DNA of 64,000 nucleotides from an uncultured Rivularia sp. (lineage in GTDB: Bacteria > Cyanobacteriota > Cyanobacteriia > Cyanobacteriales > Nostocaceae), in contig OY762007.1 in assembly GCA_963665115.1 (NCBI GenBank), forward strand, positions 5,088,001 through 5,152,000, given 5' to 3'. A program made the position numbers and the translations under genes. Numbering within the stretch: position 1 is the first letter of the stretch; each line of letters starts with the position of its first letter. Under the pieces are notes generated by a model. The model saw nothing but the letters and a program-made list of their open reading frames with translations. It ran no database searches and was not told the DNA's origin. Positions 29,813 through 40,960 of this stretch are shown here, one piece after another.

Positions 29813-30163
29813 ACATAGACTTCCCGAGATATCTTAATAAGGTTTATAAGTTCTTTTAGATACAAGCTAACTAAAGCTTATTTCGGAATAACCAGGTTTG
29901 TGACAGCTTTGTATCCGTACACTTATTAGACCAAATAACGAATTAGAAATCAAAGGTCTAAAGAATGAACTTAATATTTTGTGGTTTCTATCGAAAGTTA
30001 CAGCCTGTAAGTAATTTAATATTAATTAGATAGTAAAAGATTGAAGCTAGATTAAAATTTGCTGAAAAACATAGGGAACAGGCAACAGGGAATGGGGAAC
30101 AGTTATAGAAATAATGCAGGTTTAATTCCTAATTCCTAATTCCTAACTCCTGCTCCCTACTCC

Positions 30164-31831
30164 CTACTCCCTTAACAAAAAGAAAATACCAGCTTTGAGT
30201 AATTCGCTGTTGCTGTCGTAACTGCTAATAGTAAATGACTGTAGTTTGTCGAGAAAAGGTTTGCCGATAATTTCTACAAACTTGAGTATGGGTAATTGAC
30301 TTTCTATAAAATTTTGACTTTTTTTCCAATCAATATATACATATCCTTGGTTTGATTGGGGAATGGCTGCAATACTATCTTGAAAATTCCGATTATCATT
30401 GAAGAAATTTTCTTTGTTATTAATAGCTTCATCCATCGTCTCAATAGAAGAGGTGAAGATTTCGTAGTTATCTTTACTTGTATGAGTTCCTAATACCCTT
30501 GCCTGAATTTTCAAGTCTGATGCTTTATTACCTATAGTTGTTAATTTCGTCCAAGTAGAAATTGTTTGCTCATTTAAATTAATTGGACTAACTGTCAGTC
30601 CATTTTTAGAAGCTATTTCATCTAAATGGGAAATATCGGATGCTGTTGTTGAAGATTTCTCCGCGACAAAAATCCATTCAGGTTTTTTATTTTCACCTCT
30701 ATCACTGTTGGGTAGCAATGCTATGGCATATTCTCCTTTTACCCAACTGAAAATATCTTCTTTTAAGTTAATTCCCCAACGTTTTTGCAGTTTAGCTAAA
30801 GGCTTAGTGATTTGGGAAGCTATGTTTTCTCCCGATTCACTAGATATTGCGGAATCAGTTTGTTGCCAAAATAAAGCTAAATTGCTGTTATCTAAATTGC
30901 TCAAATCTTTTCCTGAAATTACCAAGCCGGAAGTAGCGGGAATATATGAAAGTGCTGCTACTTTTTCGCTCTCCGAGGCTAATGGTATTGGTGAATTTGC
31001 AAATAAACTAGTTTCTGCAAGCAAACCCTTTGATTTAGTAGCTAAAGAGATTAGTTGAGTACTAAAAGTTGGAGATGATAAATTTAAACCTTGCCATTTT
31101 GCGACAGCAGGAAGATTAAGAAACGTTACCGCTTGATTTTTGTTGTCTAATTTTTTGATAGCTTTTTGATAATTATCTGAGCTAATCAAACTTAAACCCG
31201 GTGCTTGAACGTTATTGATTGCTTCTCGTAGAATTTTGGCATCGTTGGCGAATAATACAAAATCATCGCCTACAACCGTTGCAGCCAAAGGTTTTTCGAT
31301 TTCTGTAGTTTGCCCAATATCGGAAATCAATTTGACTCCTTTATATTGTTCCACAACTAAGGAAGTTCCAGCTAAAACCCGTTTGGAAAATAAAACTTCA
31401 ATAAACTCGCGGCTTTTCTCTTTATCTTTGGTAGTGAGTACCGTTAGATAACCGGGTTGCCTTCCGTTTGCAGAATCCTTATCAATATCGTCAGTCGCTA
31501 CAGCTAAAGTAATTTCATCACCCAACCAAGGTTGAACATCTTTTTTATATTCAAGCCCGGTATTATTTAATAAAGTTTTTTTCAGCTTAGATAAATTAAC
31601 TCCGCCATTTAATACCTCGAAGCGATTTGGATCTATTGGCATTGACACCATAACAGGTGCTTGCTTAGAAATAAATACAGCAGCACTCGGTTGTTTTTGC
31701 GTATCGCTGACTAAATTCAGAGGATTTTTATTAAATAACCCATTGCAACCAGCGATACCAGTTAACAGCAGCATCATAATACTTGCTGCTACGAAACGAA
31801 ATAACGATTGTTTGCTTGCCACTCTCTTCAT
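30164..31831 (-). CDS. DUF3352-type lipoprotein
   Basis: IAGC lipobox; DVQPWLGDEI and IFSWVKGEYA motifs; start uncertain. Confidence 0.75.
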   Translation of the reverse strand: MKRVASKQSLFRFVAASIMMLLLTGIAGCNGLFNKNPLNLVSDTQKQPSAAVFISKQAPVMVSMPIDPNRFEVLNGGVNLSKLKKTLLNNTGLEYKKDVQPWLGDEITLAVATDDIDKDSANGRQPGYLTVLTTKDKEKSREFIEVLFSKRVLAGTSLVVEQYKGVKLISDIGQTTEIEKPLAATVVGDDFVLFANDAKILREAINNVQAPGLSLISSDNYQKAIKKLDNKNQAVTFLNLPAVAKWQGLNLSSPTFSTQLISLATKSKGLLAETSLFANSPIPLASESEKVAALSYIPATSGLVISGKDLSNLDNSNLALFWQQTDSAISSESGENIASQITKPLAKLQKRWGINLKEDIFSWVKGEYAIALLPNSDRGENKKPEWIFVAEKSSTTASDISHLDEIASKNGLTVSPINLNEQTISTWTKLTTIGNKASDLKIQARVLGTHTSKDNYEIFTSSIETMDEAINNKENFFNDNRNFQDSIAAIPQSNQGYVYIDWKKSQNFIESQLPILKFVEIIGKPFLDKLQSFTISSYDSNSELLKAGIFFLLRE

Positions 31832-32171
31832 ACTAGTCCCTTTGCAGCGTTTTTTAGCACCATCATTATTAAAGCGTCTTGTAGAAAAAATGGAAGAGGG
31901 AATAGGAAACAAGGAACAGGGAACGGTTATATAACTGAGCAGTAAATATAATGCTTTTCACAATCCAAAATCTAAAATCTAAAATTCAGTCGGATTAGGA
32001 ACAATTACTTACTCATATCCACATAAATTGTCAAGATGTAGCCAATTTACCTTGATAATTACCAAACCCTTTGAGTAGTGCTGATGCTAAGAGGCGAATT
32101 TTCTGTCAACATAATAAATATATAGATTTTTTTTAGAAATTCCTCATGACGGGAATAACATTGGTCAAACC

Positions 32172-32504
32172 ATGAATCAAATCACTGTAGAGGAACTCGC
32201 AAAACGTTTGTCTTCTTCGGAGTCTTCAATTCAACTTGTAGATGTACGCGAACCACAAGAGGTCAAAACGGCAAGCATCGAAGGTTTTATGAATTTACCT
32301 TTGAGTCAATTCGCTGAGTGGGGAAACGACATTCAAACTCATTTGGAACCTCAGAAGGAAACTTTAGTTCTATGTCATCACGGTGTTCGTTCCGCTCAGA
32401 TGTGTCAGTGGTTAACATCTCAAGGCTTTTCCAATGTGAAAAACATAACTGGAGGTATTGATGCATATTCAATGTTAGTTGACCCTTCAGTTCCTCAGTA
32501 TTAG
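32172..32504 (+). CDS. Rhodanese-like domain protein
   Basis: DVRE, CHHGVRS and GGIDAY motifs. Confidence 0.9.
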   Translation: MNQITVEELAKRLSSSESSIQLVDVREPQEVKTASIEGFMNLPLSQFAEWGNDIQTHLEPQKETLVLCHHGVRSAQMCQWLTSQGFSNVKNITGGIDAYSMLVDPSVPQY

Positions 32505-32865
32505 TTGTTACAGGTCAAAGGTTAAAGGTTACAGGTTAAAGGTTAAAGGTATTAATACCGAGATAGTCTAGGAATATCATTTTATGAGTAATAGGTAATT
32601 CGTAGCTATACATACCCTATTCCATAAACAAGTCTGAGAAAATACTTAAATGAGAGTATTTTTTATGTACTTAAATTACACATTAATTTGTATTAAATAG
32701 TACTCTCACTCAGGACAAAACTATTTGAAAGTGTAAAGGTATTGCAGTACACCATGCCGGTTTTGTCCCAACAGATAGATCGTTATTAAATATGTGGTCA
32801 TTAAGATTTCAAAAATTTGTTTTTTTAAAAAATAGATAAAAACTGTGTTTAAACAGCCATTCCCT

Positions 32866-33951
32866 ATGCAAGTCCAGTTAACTAATCGACAACAACATAT
32901 TCTTTGGGCAACAGTACGTCATTATATAGCGACAGCAGAACCTGTAGGTTCTAAAGCTTTGGTCGAAGAATTCGACTTGGGTGTAAGTTCCGCAACAATT
33001 CGCAACGTAATGGGAGTCTTGGAAAAATCTGGACTGCTCTATCAACCCCATACCTCATCAGGAAGGGTACCTTCAGATTCTGGTTATCGAATTTATGTGG
33101 ATCAGTTAATCACACCTTCTCAAAGTTTAGAAAAAGAGGTGGAAGCGGCATTACAGGGACGCTTAAAATGGGAAGATTGGGGCTTGGAAGCACTATTGCA
33201 AGGTGCGACGCAAATTTTAGCAAGCTTGAGTGGTTGTGTCAGTTTAATCACAATGCCGCAGAACAATACATCAGTATTGCGACATTTACAGTTAGTACAA
33301 ATTGAGACGGGACAGATAATGTTGATTGTAGTAACTGATGGTTACGAAACACATTCAACACTGATAGACTTACCCACCGCATCAGAAGGGAATCAACCCG
33401 ATGCAGAATTAATAGACAGAGAATTACAGATTGTTTCTAACTTTTTAAACAGTCAATTACGCGGCAAAAGCTTAATGGAATTAGCCCTACTTGACTGGAG
33501 TCAATTAGATATAGAATTTCAGCGGTACGGCGAATATTTGAAAACATCACTAGTTGAATTAACTCGTCGCACCTTTTCCCCAACAAATGCACAAATCATG
33601 GTGCGTGGAGTGTCGGAAGTTTTGCGACAGCCAGAATTTTCACAAATACAGCAAGTACAAACCATAATTCACTTACTTGAAGAAGAGCAAGAGCAATTAT
33701 GGCGTTTAATATTCGACGAAACAGAATTAGAAAAATTAGATAAACCACACGTGACAGTCCGTATTGGTTCGGAAAATACCCTAGAACCCATCCGTACTTG
33801 CACCTTAATTTCATCCACCTATCATCGAGATTCTATACCTGTAGGAAGCGTAGGAGTTTTAGGCCCCACAAGACTCAACTACGAAAATGCGATCGCGCTC
33901 GTTTCCGCAGCTTCCGAATATCTCTCCGAAGCAATGAGCAGTAATCAGTGA
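32866..33951 (+). CDS. hrcA: Heat-inducible transcription repressor
   Basis: [24 protein letters not shown] and GPTRLNY motifs. Confidence 0.97.
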   Translation: MQVQLTNRQQHILWATVRHYIATAEPVGSKALVEEFDLGVSSATIRNVMGVLEKSGLLYQPHTSSGRVPSDSGYRIYVDQLITPSQSLEKEVEAALQGRLKWEDWGLEALLQGATQILASLSGCVSLITMPQNNTSVLRHLQLVQIETGQIMLIVVTDGYETHSTLIDLPTASEGNQPDAELIDRELQIVSNFLNSQLRGKSLMELALLDWSQLDIEFQRYGEYLKTSLVELTRRTFSPTNAQIMVRGVSEVLRQPEFSQIQQVQTIIHLLEEEQEQLWRLIFDETELEKLDKPHVTVRIGSENTLEPIRTCTLISSTYHRDSIPVGSVGVLGPTRLNYENAIALVSAASEYLSEAMSSNQ

Positions 33952-34100
33952 GCAGCGATCGAGGTTAAAGGTTAAAGGTTAAAATTCTTAAATCATAACT
34001 CTCTCCTTGTCCCCTTGTCCCCTTGTCTCCCCCTCTCCCCATCCCCCCACTCTCCCATCAGTTAGCTATCATCAACTTGATGCTATAAATACTGCTGATA

Positions 34101-34778
34101 GTGAGAAAAATTATATTTTGGTCGCTTTGGGTTGGATTTTCTGTATATGCTTTTGGTTTTGCTCCTCCGAATCAACCCGATACTTTTGAATTAATTAAGA
34201 ATCTTTCAACTGGACAATGGGAAGGAATCAACCCTTTGATAGTTTCGTTATTCAACTTGATGGGTGTGTTTCCTTTAATCTACAGTTGCATGGTATTTAT
34301 TGATGGCAAAGGACAAAAAATACCGGCTTGGATATTTGCAACTTTTTCTTTTGGTGTAGGTGCTTTTGCCTTATTACCTTATTTAGCTTTACGGGAACCA
34401 AATCCAGATTTTGTTGGTAAAAAGAATGCTTTTCTCAAATTGCTAGATTCTCGGATAACTGGTATCGCATTAAGTATCGGAGCGATAGTTTTGGTATCTT
34501 ATGCTTTGCAGGGGGGAAATTGGAGTGATTTTGTTCAACAGTGGCAAACCGATCGTTTTATTCACGTAATGAGTTTGGATTTTTGTCTGCTTTGTCTGCT
34601 TTTTCCCACACTTTTGGGAGATGATATGGCAAAACGAGGTATGGAAAATCCGATTTTATTTTGGTTAGTTACCTTAATACCATTATTTGGCCCTTTGGCT
34701 TATTTATCTGTAAGAAAACCTTTACCAGACAATACAGAGGAAGAATTAATTACCAAGCAAAAAGCAGCAGTAAATTGA
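34101..34778 (+). CDS. Membrane protein (DUF2834-like)
   Basis: Multiple hydrophobic segments; LLPYLALR, HVMSLDF and DDMAKRG motifs. Confidence 0.7.
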   Translation: MRKIIFWSLWVGFSVYAFGFAPPNQPDTFELIKNLSTGQWEGINPLIVSLFNLMGVFPLIYSCMVFIDGKGQKIPAWIFATFSFGVGAFALLPYLALREPNPDFVGKKNAFLKLLDSRITGIALSIGAIVLVSYALQGGNWSDFVQQWQTDRFIHVMSLDFCLLCLLFPTLLGDDMAKRGMENPILFWLVTLIPLFGPLAYLSVRKPLPDNTEEELITKQKAAVN

Positions 34779-34799
34779 ATCTGTATCGCAATTATTGTC

Positions 34800-34872
34800 A
34801 TGTTGGGTTACGACACGATGAATAAATATCTTAGTTACAAATGAAATTTGGTTTTCGTGTCTAACCCAACCT
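34800..34872. repeat. Inverted-repeat element
   Basis: TTGGGTTACGACACGA...TCGTGTCTAACCCAA; a second copy lies at ~62413-62478. Confidence 0.65.
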
Positions 34873-34926
34873 ACTAACTACTATTTTTAAAATCCAAAAT
34901 CCGAAATCTAAAATTGCTTCGATCGA

Positions 34927-35298
34927 TTAACCTACAGTAACTTGATTTGTATCAACATTACTCGCACCATTCACTCCATTAGCCACAGAAACCATTTTAT
35001 TGAGAATATCTTGACTAGGAACGGTACCTTTCAAAACTACTGTAGAACTAGTCTGAGCAACCCAAAGAGTATCAATATCATCCAATTCGGAATCTTCATC
35101 GAAAGCTAAAGCAACTCGCTTTGCTAAACCACTTTGGTCATATTCACCATTTAATCCCACACGCTCTGGGGCGATTGATTGAGTAGTATTAGAAGCTTGT
35201 GCTGTAGATGTAGATGGTGCTGCTTGCGGTTGGGGTGTAGGATTTACCTGTGCATCTTTGGGTTTACCCATTCCAAAAAGTCTCTTTAACCAGCCCAT
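34927..35298 (-). CDS. BON-domain protein
   Basis: GEYDQSGLAKRVALAFD...VVLKGTVP. Confidence 0.8.
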   Translation of the reverse strand: MGWLKRLFGMGKPKDAQVNPTPQPQAAPSTSTAQASNTTQSIAPERVGLNGEYDQSGLAKRVALAFDEDSELDDIDTLWVAQTSSTVVLKGTVPSQDILNKMVSVANGVNGASNVDTNQVTVG

Positions 35299-35525
35299 AA
35301 AACTATTCTCCAATTAATTTCATTCACTGTGAATATATAGGCTGGATAAACAAGTTACATCCGTCGCCAAAAATAGATATTGTGCTTTATATTACTGCTG
35401 TAGACGTAATTTAACCCCTATTGTTCTATCTCCCTAGATAAACAAAACTGGTACTTTTGGAAAAAATTATGAAAAAATTATTATTATATTCTTAAAATCT
35501 GCTATATCTAGAAAAATTTCCCTCT

Positions 35526-35938
35526 TACAGCACTTTGCAGGTATATGAGGTACATTTCCCTACTCCCTACTCCCTACTCCCTACTCACTACTCCCTACTC
35601 ACTACTCCCTACTCCCTACTCCCTACTCCCTACTCACTACTCCCTACTCCCTACTCACTACTCCCAACTCCCTACTCACTACTCCCTACTCCCAACTCCC
35701 AACTCCCAACTCCCAACTCCCTACTCACTACTCCCAACTCCCTACTCCCTACTCACTACTCCCTACTCCCAACTCCCAACTCCCTACTCCCTACTCCCTA
35801 CTCACTACTCCCTACTCACTACTCACTACTCCCTACTCACTACTCCCTACTCCCTACTCCCAACTCCCTACTCCCAACTCCCTACTCACTACTTCCTCTA
35901 GAAACGATGTGTACCTCACTTAAATGAAATCTGCTGTA
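35526..35938. mobile_element. MITE-like element carrying a ~340-bp CTACTCC STRR array
   Basis: Ends TACAGCA...TGAGGTACA and TGTACCTCA...TGCTGTA enclose the heptamer array at 35557-35893. Confidence 0.7.
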
Positions 35939-35954
35939 TCTCCCCATCTCCTTC

Positions 35955-36845
35955 TCAATCCAACATTACAGCATCGTGAAAGCAACTATAGTCAACACTG
36001 CGTCTACCATCTTGCGTTTTCGATAAAATATCTGCAAATTTATGATTCCAAAGAATTTCTGTAGGAATATATGAGTAATGGGCGTGGATATTGTCAGAAA
36101 CAGTTTGGTCAATTCCAGTAATAGTTATTAATATTTCCATCTCTTTTTCCAGCATTTCCTCTAAAGTTACACCGTAAAGAGGGCTACTTTCATTTATCGG
36201 ATGCATAACCGTCCAAGTCAAAGCAAAAAGTGATGATTGATTGCGAAATAATGGTAGTTTATAAAACCTTCGCATTGCTTGCCCTTCTTCAGTTATTTCG
36301 CTGATTACTAAACTGACATTAACTTCAGCTTCTAAAATCCAGCTTTGACGTTCGTTAGCAACTCGAAACATTAAAGTTGGTATACCATTATGAGGAGCAA
36401 CTACTGCTACACGACTAAACATAACTCGCGCTTTCGGAAGAGAAAATCGAGCAAACACTAGTCCACTACCTACCGATACTCCTACAAGTCCTAATAAAGC
36501 TTCAATCGCAACTAAAATATTAGCAAAAAGCGTTTTAGGATACATTGCACCATAGCCGATGGTAGCCATAGTTTGAACGCTAAAAAAAAATGCATCGAAG
36601 AAATTACCTTCACGCATATTTTCGATGCCATCTCCTGCGGCTAAATACATCAAAGCAAACAAAACATTAGTGATGATATAACCCGCAGCTACAACAGCAA
36701 ACAACTTTACCCATGAAAGAGTTAACAATGCATGATATAAATCGTCCCAATCGAACTTAGATATCCCTTTACGAACAACGTTGAATTTTCCATCAGGGTT
36801 AACTAGACGGCGTGATGAAATTTTTTTTCTATAGCTTTCAATCAT
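35955..36845 (-). CDS. Inward-rectifier potassium channel (KirBac-type)
   Basis: FFFSVQTMATIGYG selectivity filter; PTLMFRVANER. Confidence 0.92.
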   Translation of the reverse strand: MIESYRKKISSRRLVNPDGKFNVVRKGISKFDWDDLYHALLTLSWVKLFAVVAAGYIITNVLFALMYLAAGDGIENMREGNFFDAFFFSVQTMATIGYGAMYPKTLFANILVAIEALLGLVGVSVGSGLVFARFSLPKARVMFSRVAVVAPHNGIPTLMFRVANERQSWILEAEVNVSLVISEITEEGQAMRRFYKLPLFRNQSSLFALTWTVMHPINESSPLYGVTLEEMLEKEMEILITITGIDQTVSDNIHAHYSYIPTEILWNHKFADILSKTQDGRRSVDYSCFHDAVMLD

Positions 36846-37015
36846 TGATTTTTAAATCAAAAACATTATAAAATTACGCTCCCCTACATTATCTAATGCA
36901 AAGGAGCATAATTTGAAGAAATAGGGCATAGGGAAAGAGAGCAGGGGAGGCAGAGGAATCCGAGGAGGCAGGGGAAGCAATATTTTCTCCCTCCGCTTTC
37001 TTCGTTTCCTAACTC

Positions 37016-37468
37016 CTAACTCTCTTCATCCAAACCATCGATCATTTCTGCTAATTCTTGGGTATGATGCCCTTCTTCTTCAATCATATTGCTGATAAAA
37101 CCTTCTATACCGCTGTTGCTGCCTTCAACTACATTTAGTAGTTTTTCATAAAGTCCTAAAGCCTGCTTTTCATGGGCTAAACTTGCATTCAAAATATCTT
37201 TTACAGAATAGCTTTCAAGTTCCGCAATCGGTGTAATGCGCGGTTGAGGATTTCCATTAATACTTACTAAAACTTCTCCTACCTTTCGAGAATGAAATAG
37301 AGATTCTTCTGCTTGCTCTTTAAGAAAATCAACAATTTCATTTCGATCGCGATTGTTTACCATCAAAGAGTAAGTTGTGTAGCGAACTACTCCTGCTAAT
37401 TCAAATTCTAAAATTTGTTGCAGGTAATTAATAGTTTGTTCTCGGTTAAATTGCATCATTTTAGTCAT
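37016..37468 (-). CDS. Ferritin-like (bacterioferritin-related) protein, copy 2
   Basis: EFELAGVVRY, EESLFH, HEKQA and EEGH ligands; start taken at ATG 37468. Confidence 0.85.
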   Translation of the reverse strand: MTKMMQFNREQTINYLQQILEFELAGVVRYTTYSLMVNNRDRNEIVDFLKEQAEESLFHSRKVGEVLVSINGNPQPRITPIAELESYSVKDILNASLAHEKQALGLYEKLLNVVEGSNSGIEGFISNMIEEEGHHTQELAEMIDGLDEES

Positions 37469-38266
37469 GGTTCTACTGTTTTCTACGTAGGATATACAGG
37501 TAAACGCGAGCAGCCTAAATTTGCAACAATTCAATTTAAAGAATAGTTGCACAAAGTTCTGAGATATTTGATTCTTTAGCTAGCTAAGCATTTGTAAAGA
37601 CAGCTAGTACTCCGGCACATTAATTTTTCAGGATAAATTACTCGTAGTGGAAGCGTCTGGCTCCCTTCGGGCAAATAGCGAGCAAGATGCATATCCTTGC
37701 GGACACACTGAGCCGCACTTCGTGAACGTTAACGCACTCCCGGATACCCCGTAAAATAAATGCGGTTGACTAGTTTACAATCTCAAATAGCTTGATTTAT
37801 GTAACGATTGCCTGCGTAATTCCTAATGCTATTTCGACCAAGGCAAAACATCATATAGCACTATATAGAAATATAGAACTACAGCGTAATAGTTGTTTAT
37901 ACTGGGGCAGCCAACAATATACGTAAAATAAGTAATGACATTAATAGGGAAACACGCCGTCTTTATAACTGAACGAAGTCGCCAACTTCTCTGTTCCTTT
38001 TTATAAGTATACTGTTTTCAAAATCTAAAAAAAGTAAGATTACTGCTAATTAGCCCGCATATAAATTTCCTAAAATTCTCTCAAGGAAAGTTTAAGAAAA
38101 AGTTTTGTAATTATTAATTATTGCTTATTTGTAGTTTTTGTGCTAGCTAAATATATTGAAAATGAGAACAGGGAATAGAAAACATAAACCGCATTTCTTA
38201 TAAATATATAAACTAAAAAACCGCGTTTTGTGCAGAAGAAACCCGGTTTTTCGCTTTCGTAAATAT

Positions 38267-39214
38267 CTATTTTTGACCGACTGAAATTTTATTTTTATTC
38301 TGAGGAGATGGAGCAGCAATACTACGTAAATATAACCCTCCCACAGACAATAAAAACGATACGTAGGCAACAGCTTGAGCTAAATACAAGTGTTCTCTGT
38401 AGCCAAATAATACTTTAAGAATTACTCCGGGAAACTTTTTATCTGGCAATATATTTGATGTATTCCACACCATAGGGCCTAATATACAAGAGTGGATTTC
38501 TGCAACACTTTGATTGTAAAAACAAAGATTTTTCCAAGTACTATCGGTAAGAGCTAAGGCTGCAAAAGCTTGGTCAAATTTGCGTAGTCCCCCAACCACT
38601 AATCCCGCAACAATTAAAACTAAGAAAATACCCATTATCTGGAAAAACTGACGGATATTTATTTTTACTCCCCATTTAAATATCAGCACACCAATTAACG
38701 TTGCAGTTGCTATACCCAAAATTGCCCCAATTGTAGGAACTAAGCCTTCTTGAAAATTAGAAGCGAGAAATAAAACAGTTTCAAAACCCTCGCGCACCAC
38801 GGCAATTAAAACTAAAGTAAAAACCCCCCAACCGGCTGATAAATCTGTTTTCAAAGCATCCTGCACCGCTCCCTCTACTTCAGCTTTCATAAACTTAGCT
38901 TGCTTTGTCATCCACAAAAGCATCCAGCTAAGCATTATTATCGCAATAACGCTGAATACTGCTTCCATCAAAGGTTTGACTATAGGAGCGTATTCAGGAT
39001 TAATTACTCCTGCTGCTTGAATTATCGAAGCGAATAGTAATCCGATCAGCCCACTTACAATAATCCCAACACCTACACCAGCATATACCCAAGGATTAAG
39101 CCGGGATTGTTTAGCTTTCCCAAGCATTGCCAATACTATTCCAACGACAAGAGCCGCTTCAACTCCTTCTCGAAGAGTTACTAAAAATGTAGGTAGCGCT
39201 GCACTAAGATTCAT
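38267..39214 (-). CDS. FTR1-family high-affinity iron permease
   Basis: Two RExxE motifs (REGVE, REGFE); start taken at ATG 39214 because the longer ORF runs into STRR. Confidence 0.93.
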   Translation of the reverse strand: MNLSAALPTFLVTLREGVEAALVVGIVLAMLGKAKQSRLNPWVYAGVGVGIIVSGLIGLLFASIIQAAGVINPEYAPIVKPLMEAVFSVIAIIMLSWMLLWMTKQAKFMKAEVEGAVQDALKTDLSAGWGVFTLVLIAVVREGFETVLFLASNFQEGLVPTIGAILGIATATLIGVLIFKWGVKINIRQFFQIMGIFLVLIVAGLVVGGLRKFDQAFAALALTDSTWKNLCFYNQSVAEIHSCILGPMVWNTSNILPDKKFPGVILKVLFGYREHLYLAQAVAYVSFLLSVGGLYLRSIAAPSPQNKNKISVGQK

Positions 39215-39354
39215 TGTTAGTTGATAGTTGATAGTTGTTAGTTGTTGGGAATGGGGCATTGGGCATTGGGCATTGGGCATTGGTAATTGAAAGTAACAAG
39301 TTTCTCATAGCAAATTAGGAATTACCTATTACCAATTACCAATTACCCATTTAA

Positions 39355-39792
39355 TTAACTAAAATCGCGTAACATTTTTTTCAATTCAAGATTATGCATC
39401 TCTTCTTGTCCAATCATATTACGAGCGAATTCTTCTAAATAAATGCTGGCATCTTCAACTGTATGTAAAAACTTTTTATACAGGTCCAAAGCCTTTTGTT
39501 CGTGTGACAAGCTTTCTTCTAAGATATCCTTAACTTTGTGCTTGTAGGTTTCTTCCATTGGGGCAATTTTTAGGCTGGGATGTCCACCATCAATTCCTGT
39601 CAGAATTTCTCCTACTTGTTGAGCATGAAGCAATGATTCGCTGGCTTGTGCTTTGAAAAAATCCACAATTGGAATGCGATAAGGACCTGTCACCATCAAG
39701 GAATAATGCGTGTAGCGCACTACTCCTGCTAGTTCAAATTCCATGATGGCATTTAACAGGTCGATTGTTTTTTTGTTGTCGAGTTCTTGCAT
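39355..39792 (-). CDS. Ferritin-like (bacterioferritin-related) protein, copy 1
   Basis: EFELAGVVRYTHY, ESLLH and EEMH motifs. Confidence 0.88.
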   Translation of the reverse strand: MQELDNKKTIDLLNAIMEFELAGVVRYTHYSLMVTGPYRIPIVDFFKAQASESLLHAQQVGEILTGIDGGHPSLKIAPMEETYKHKVKDILEESLSHEQKALDLYKKFLHTVEDASIYLEEFARNMIGQEEMHNLELKKMLRDFS

Positions 39793-40025
39793 CAGACTAT
39801 AGTGGGTGAAGAGTTTGGTTAGTAGCGATTTATTGAGTTAACAGTTAAGAAAAAAACAGTGAAAATTCCAAGTTTAAAGTATTATTTTTAACTTATGTTT
39901 TCTCCGCAAAAGAGTTCTGCTTTTATTCCTAACTTTTACTCAACTTTAACCGATTTTAAACTCTTCTTAAGCCTTTACTTGCTCGGAGCAATCAATTTCA
40001 ATTACTCTTTTTGTGTAATGCTGCT

Positions 40026-40811
40026 TTAAGTTTTAATGACTTTTTGAGCATTTTCCTCAATGGTATTTACCAGTGTGGCTACTTCTTCTGGTGTTTTCGC
40101 TGGTGCGGATGGAGGAATCACGCTCGGCCAAGAAGAAGCTAGTTCGCTCATACTGCTTGTAAGCGCTTTGTCTTCTTCCGGATGCGCTGTCTTCATTTGC
40201 TCGGAAATTCCTGCATACAAATCTTGAGCGTAAAGCACAAAGCCACGAGAATCTTGATATTCAATATCTTCGACTATTTTACCATTGGCGATCGCCGCTT
40301 CATATTCTTCTTTGGCTGTATCTAGTACGCGATTAATTACAGCCAGCACAAATTCAGGTTTGTTGCGTTGTTCTTCGGGTATGGCTGCGATAGCTCCATC
40401 CACAGCTTCCATTGATGATGTAAAGGTAGTTGCAACTCTTGCATCTTTGGGTTTGCTTTTGACTAAATCCTCTAAATTATCCAAAGTGCTTTTAAATTCT
40501 TTAACGTTCTTTTCTTTTAATTGACTTTCCACATCCGAGTAAATCTCCTCAACTGGATGTCCGATATGAGGTTCTGCTTGTTTCGGCTCGTTTAGATCCA
40601 ATAATTCTTTACCTACCAAAAGATGTCCTTTCATTAATGCCATTTTGGTCATATATTCCACATCTTTTGCTTCAGCACTAATCTGGGTTTCAGCTACAGG
40701 AGCGTTTGTAGGTACATTTTCTGCTGTTGGACTATTGTCACCGATGCAAGAACTCAAAGTAACTACTGCAAAAGCCGCAGCAGCCAAACATATATAGCGA
40801 AGTGGTTTCAT
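40026..40811 (-). CDS. Helical lipoprotein, putative periplasmic metal-binding partner
   Basis: LSSC lipobox; MKGHL, HIGHPVEEIY and EYQDSRGF motifs. Confidence 0.7.
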   Translation of the reverse strand: MKPLRYICLAAAAFAVVTLSSCIGDNSPTAENVPTNAPVAETQISAEAKDVEYMTKMALMKGHLLVGKELLDLNEPKQAEPHIGHPVEEIYSDVESQLKEKNVKEFKSTLDNLEDLVKSKPKDARVATTFTSSMEAVDGAIAAIPEEQRNKPEFVLAVINRVLDTAKEEYEAAIANGKIVEDIEYQDSRGFVLYAQDLYAGISEQMKTAHPEEDKALTSSMSELASSWPSVIPPSAPAKTPEEVATLVNTIEENAQKVIKT

Positions 40812-40960
40812 TAAAAGCTCCTATAAGTATTTTTACCAATGTCAATTTTTTTATTTGACAGGTTGTCGTTTTTTAACATTTGGTTATTATGCATCTAATG
40901 CAAGGTCTTATCAACTATTTAATATATCTAATTGAAAAAAGTTAATAAATAATCAATATC

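Noticed and set aside
32505..32865. CIRCE element upstream of hrcA
   Set aside because: No TTAGCACTC-N9-GAGTGCTAA match seen
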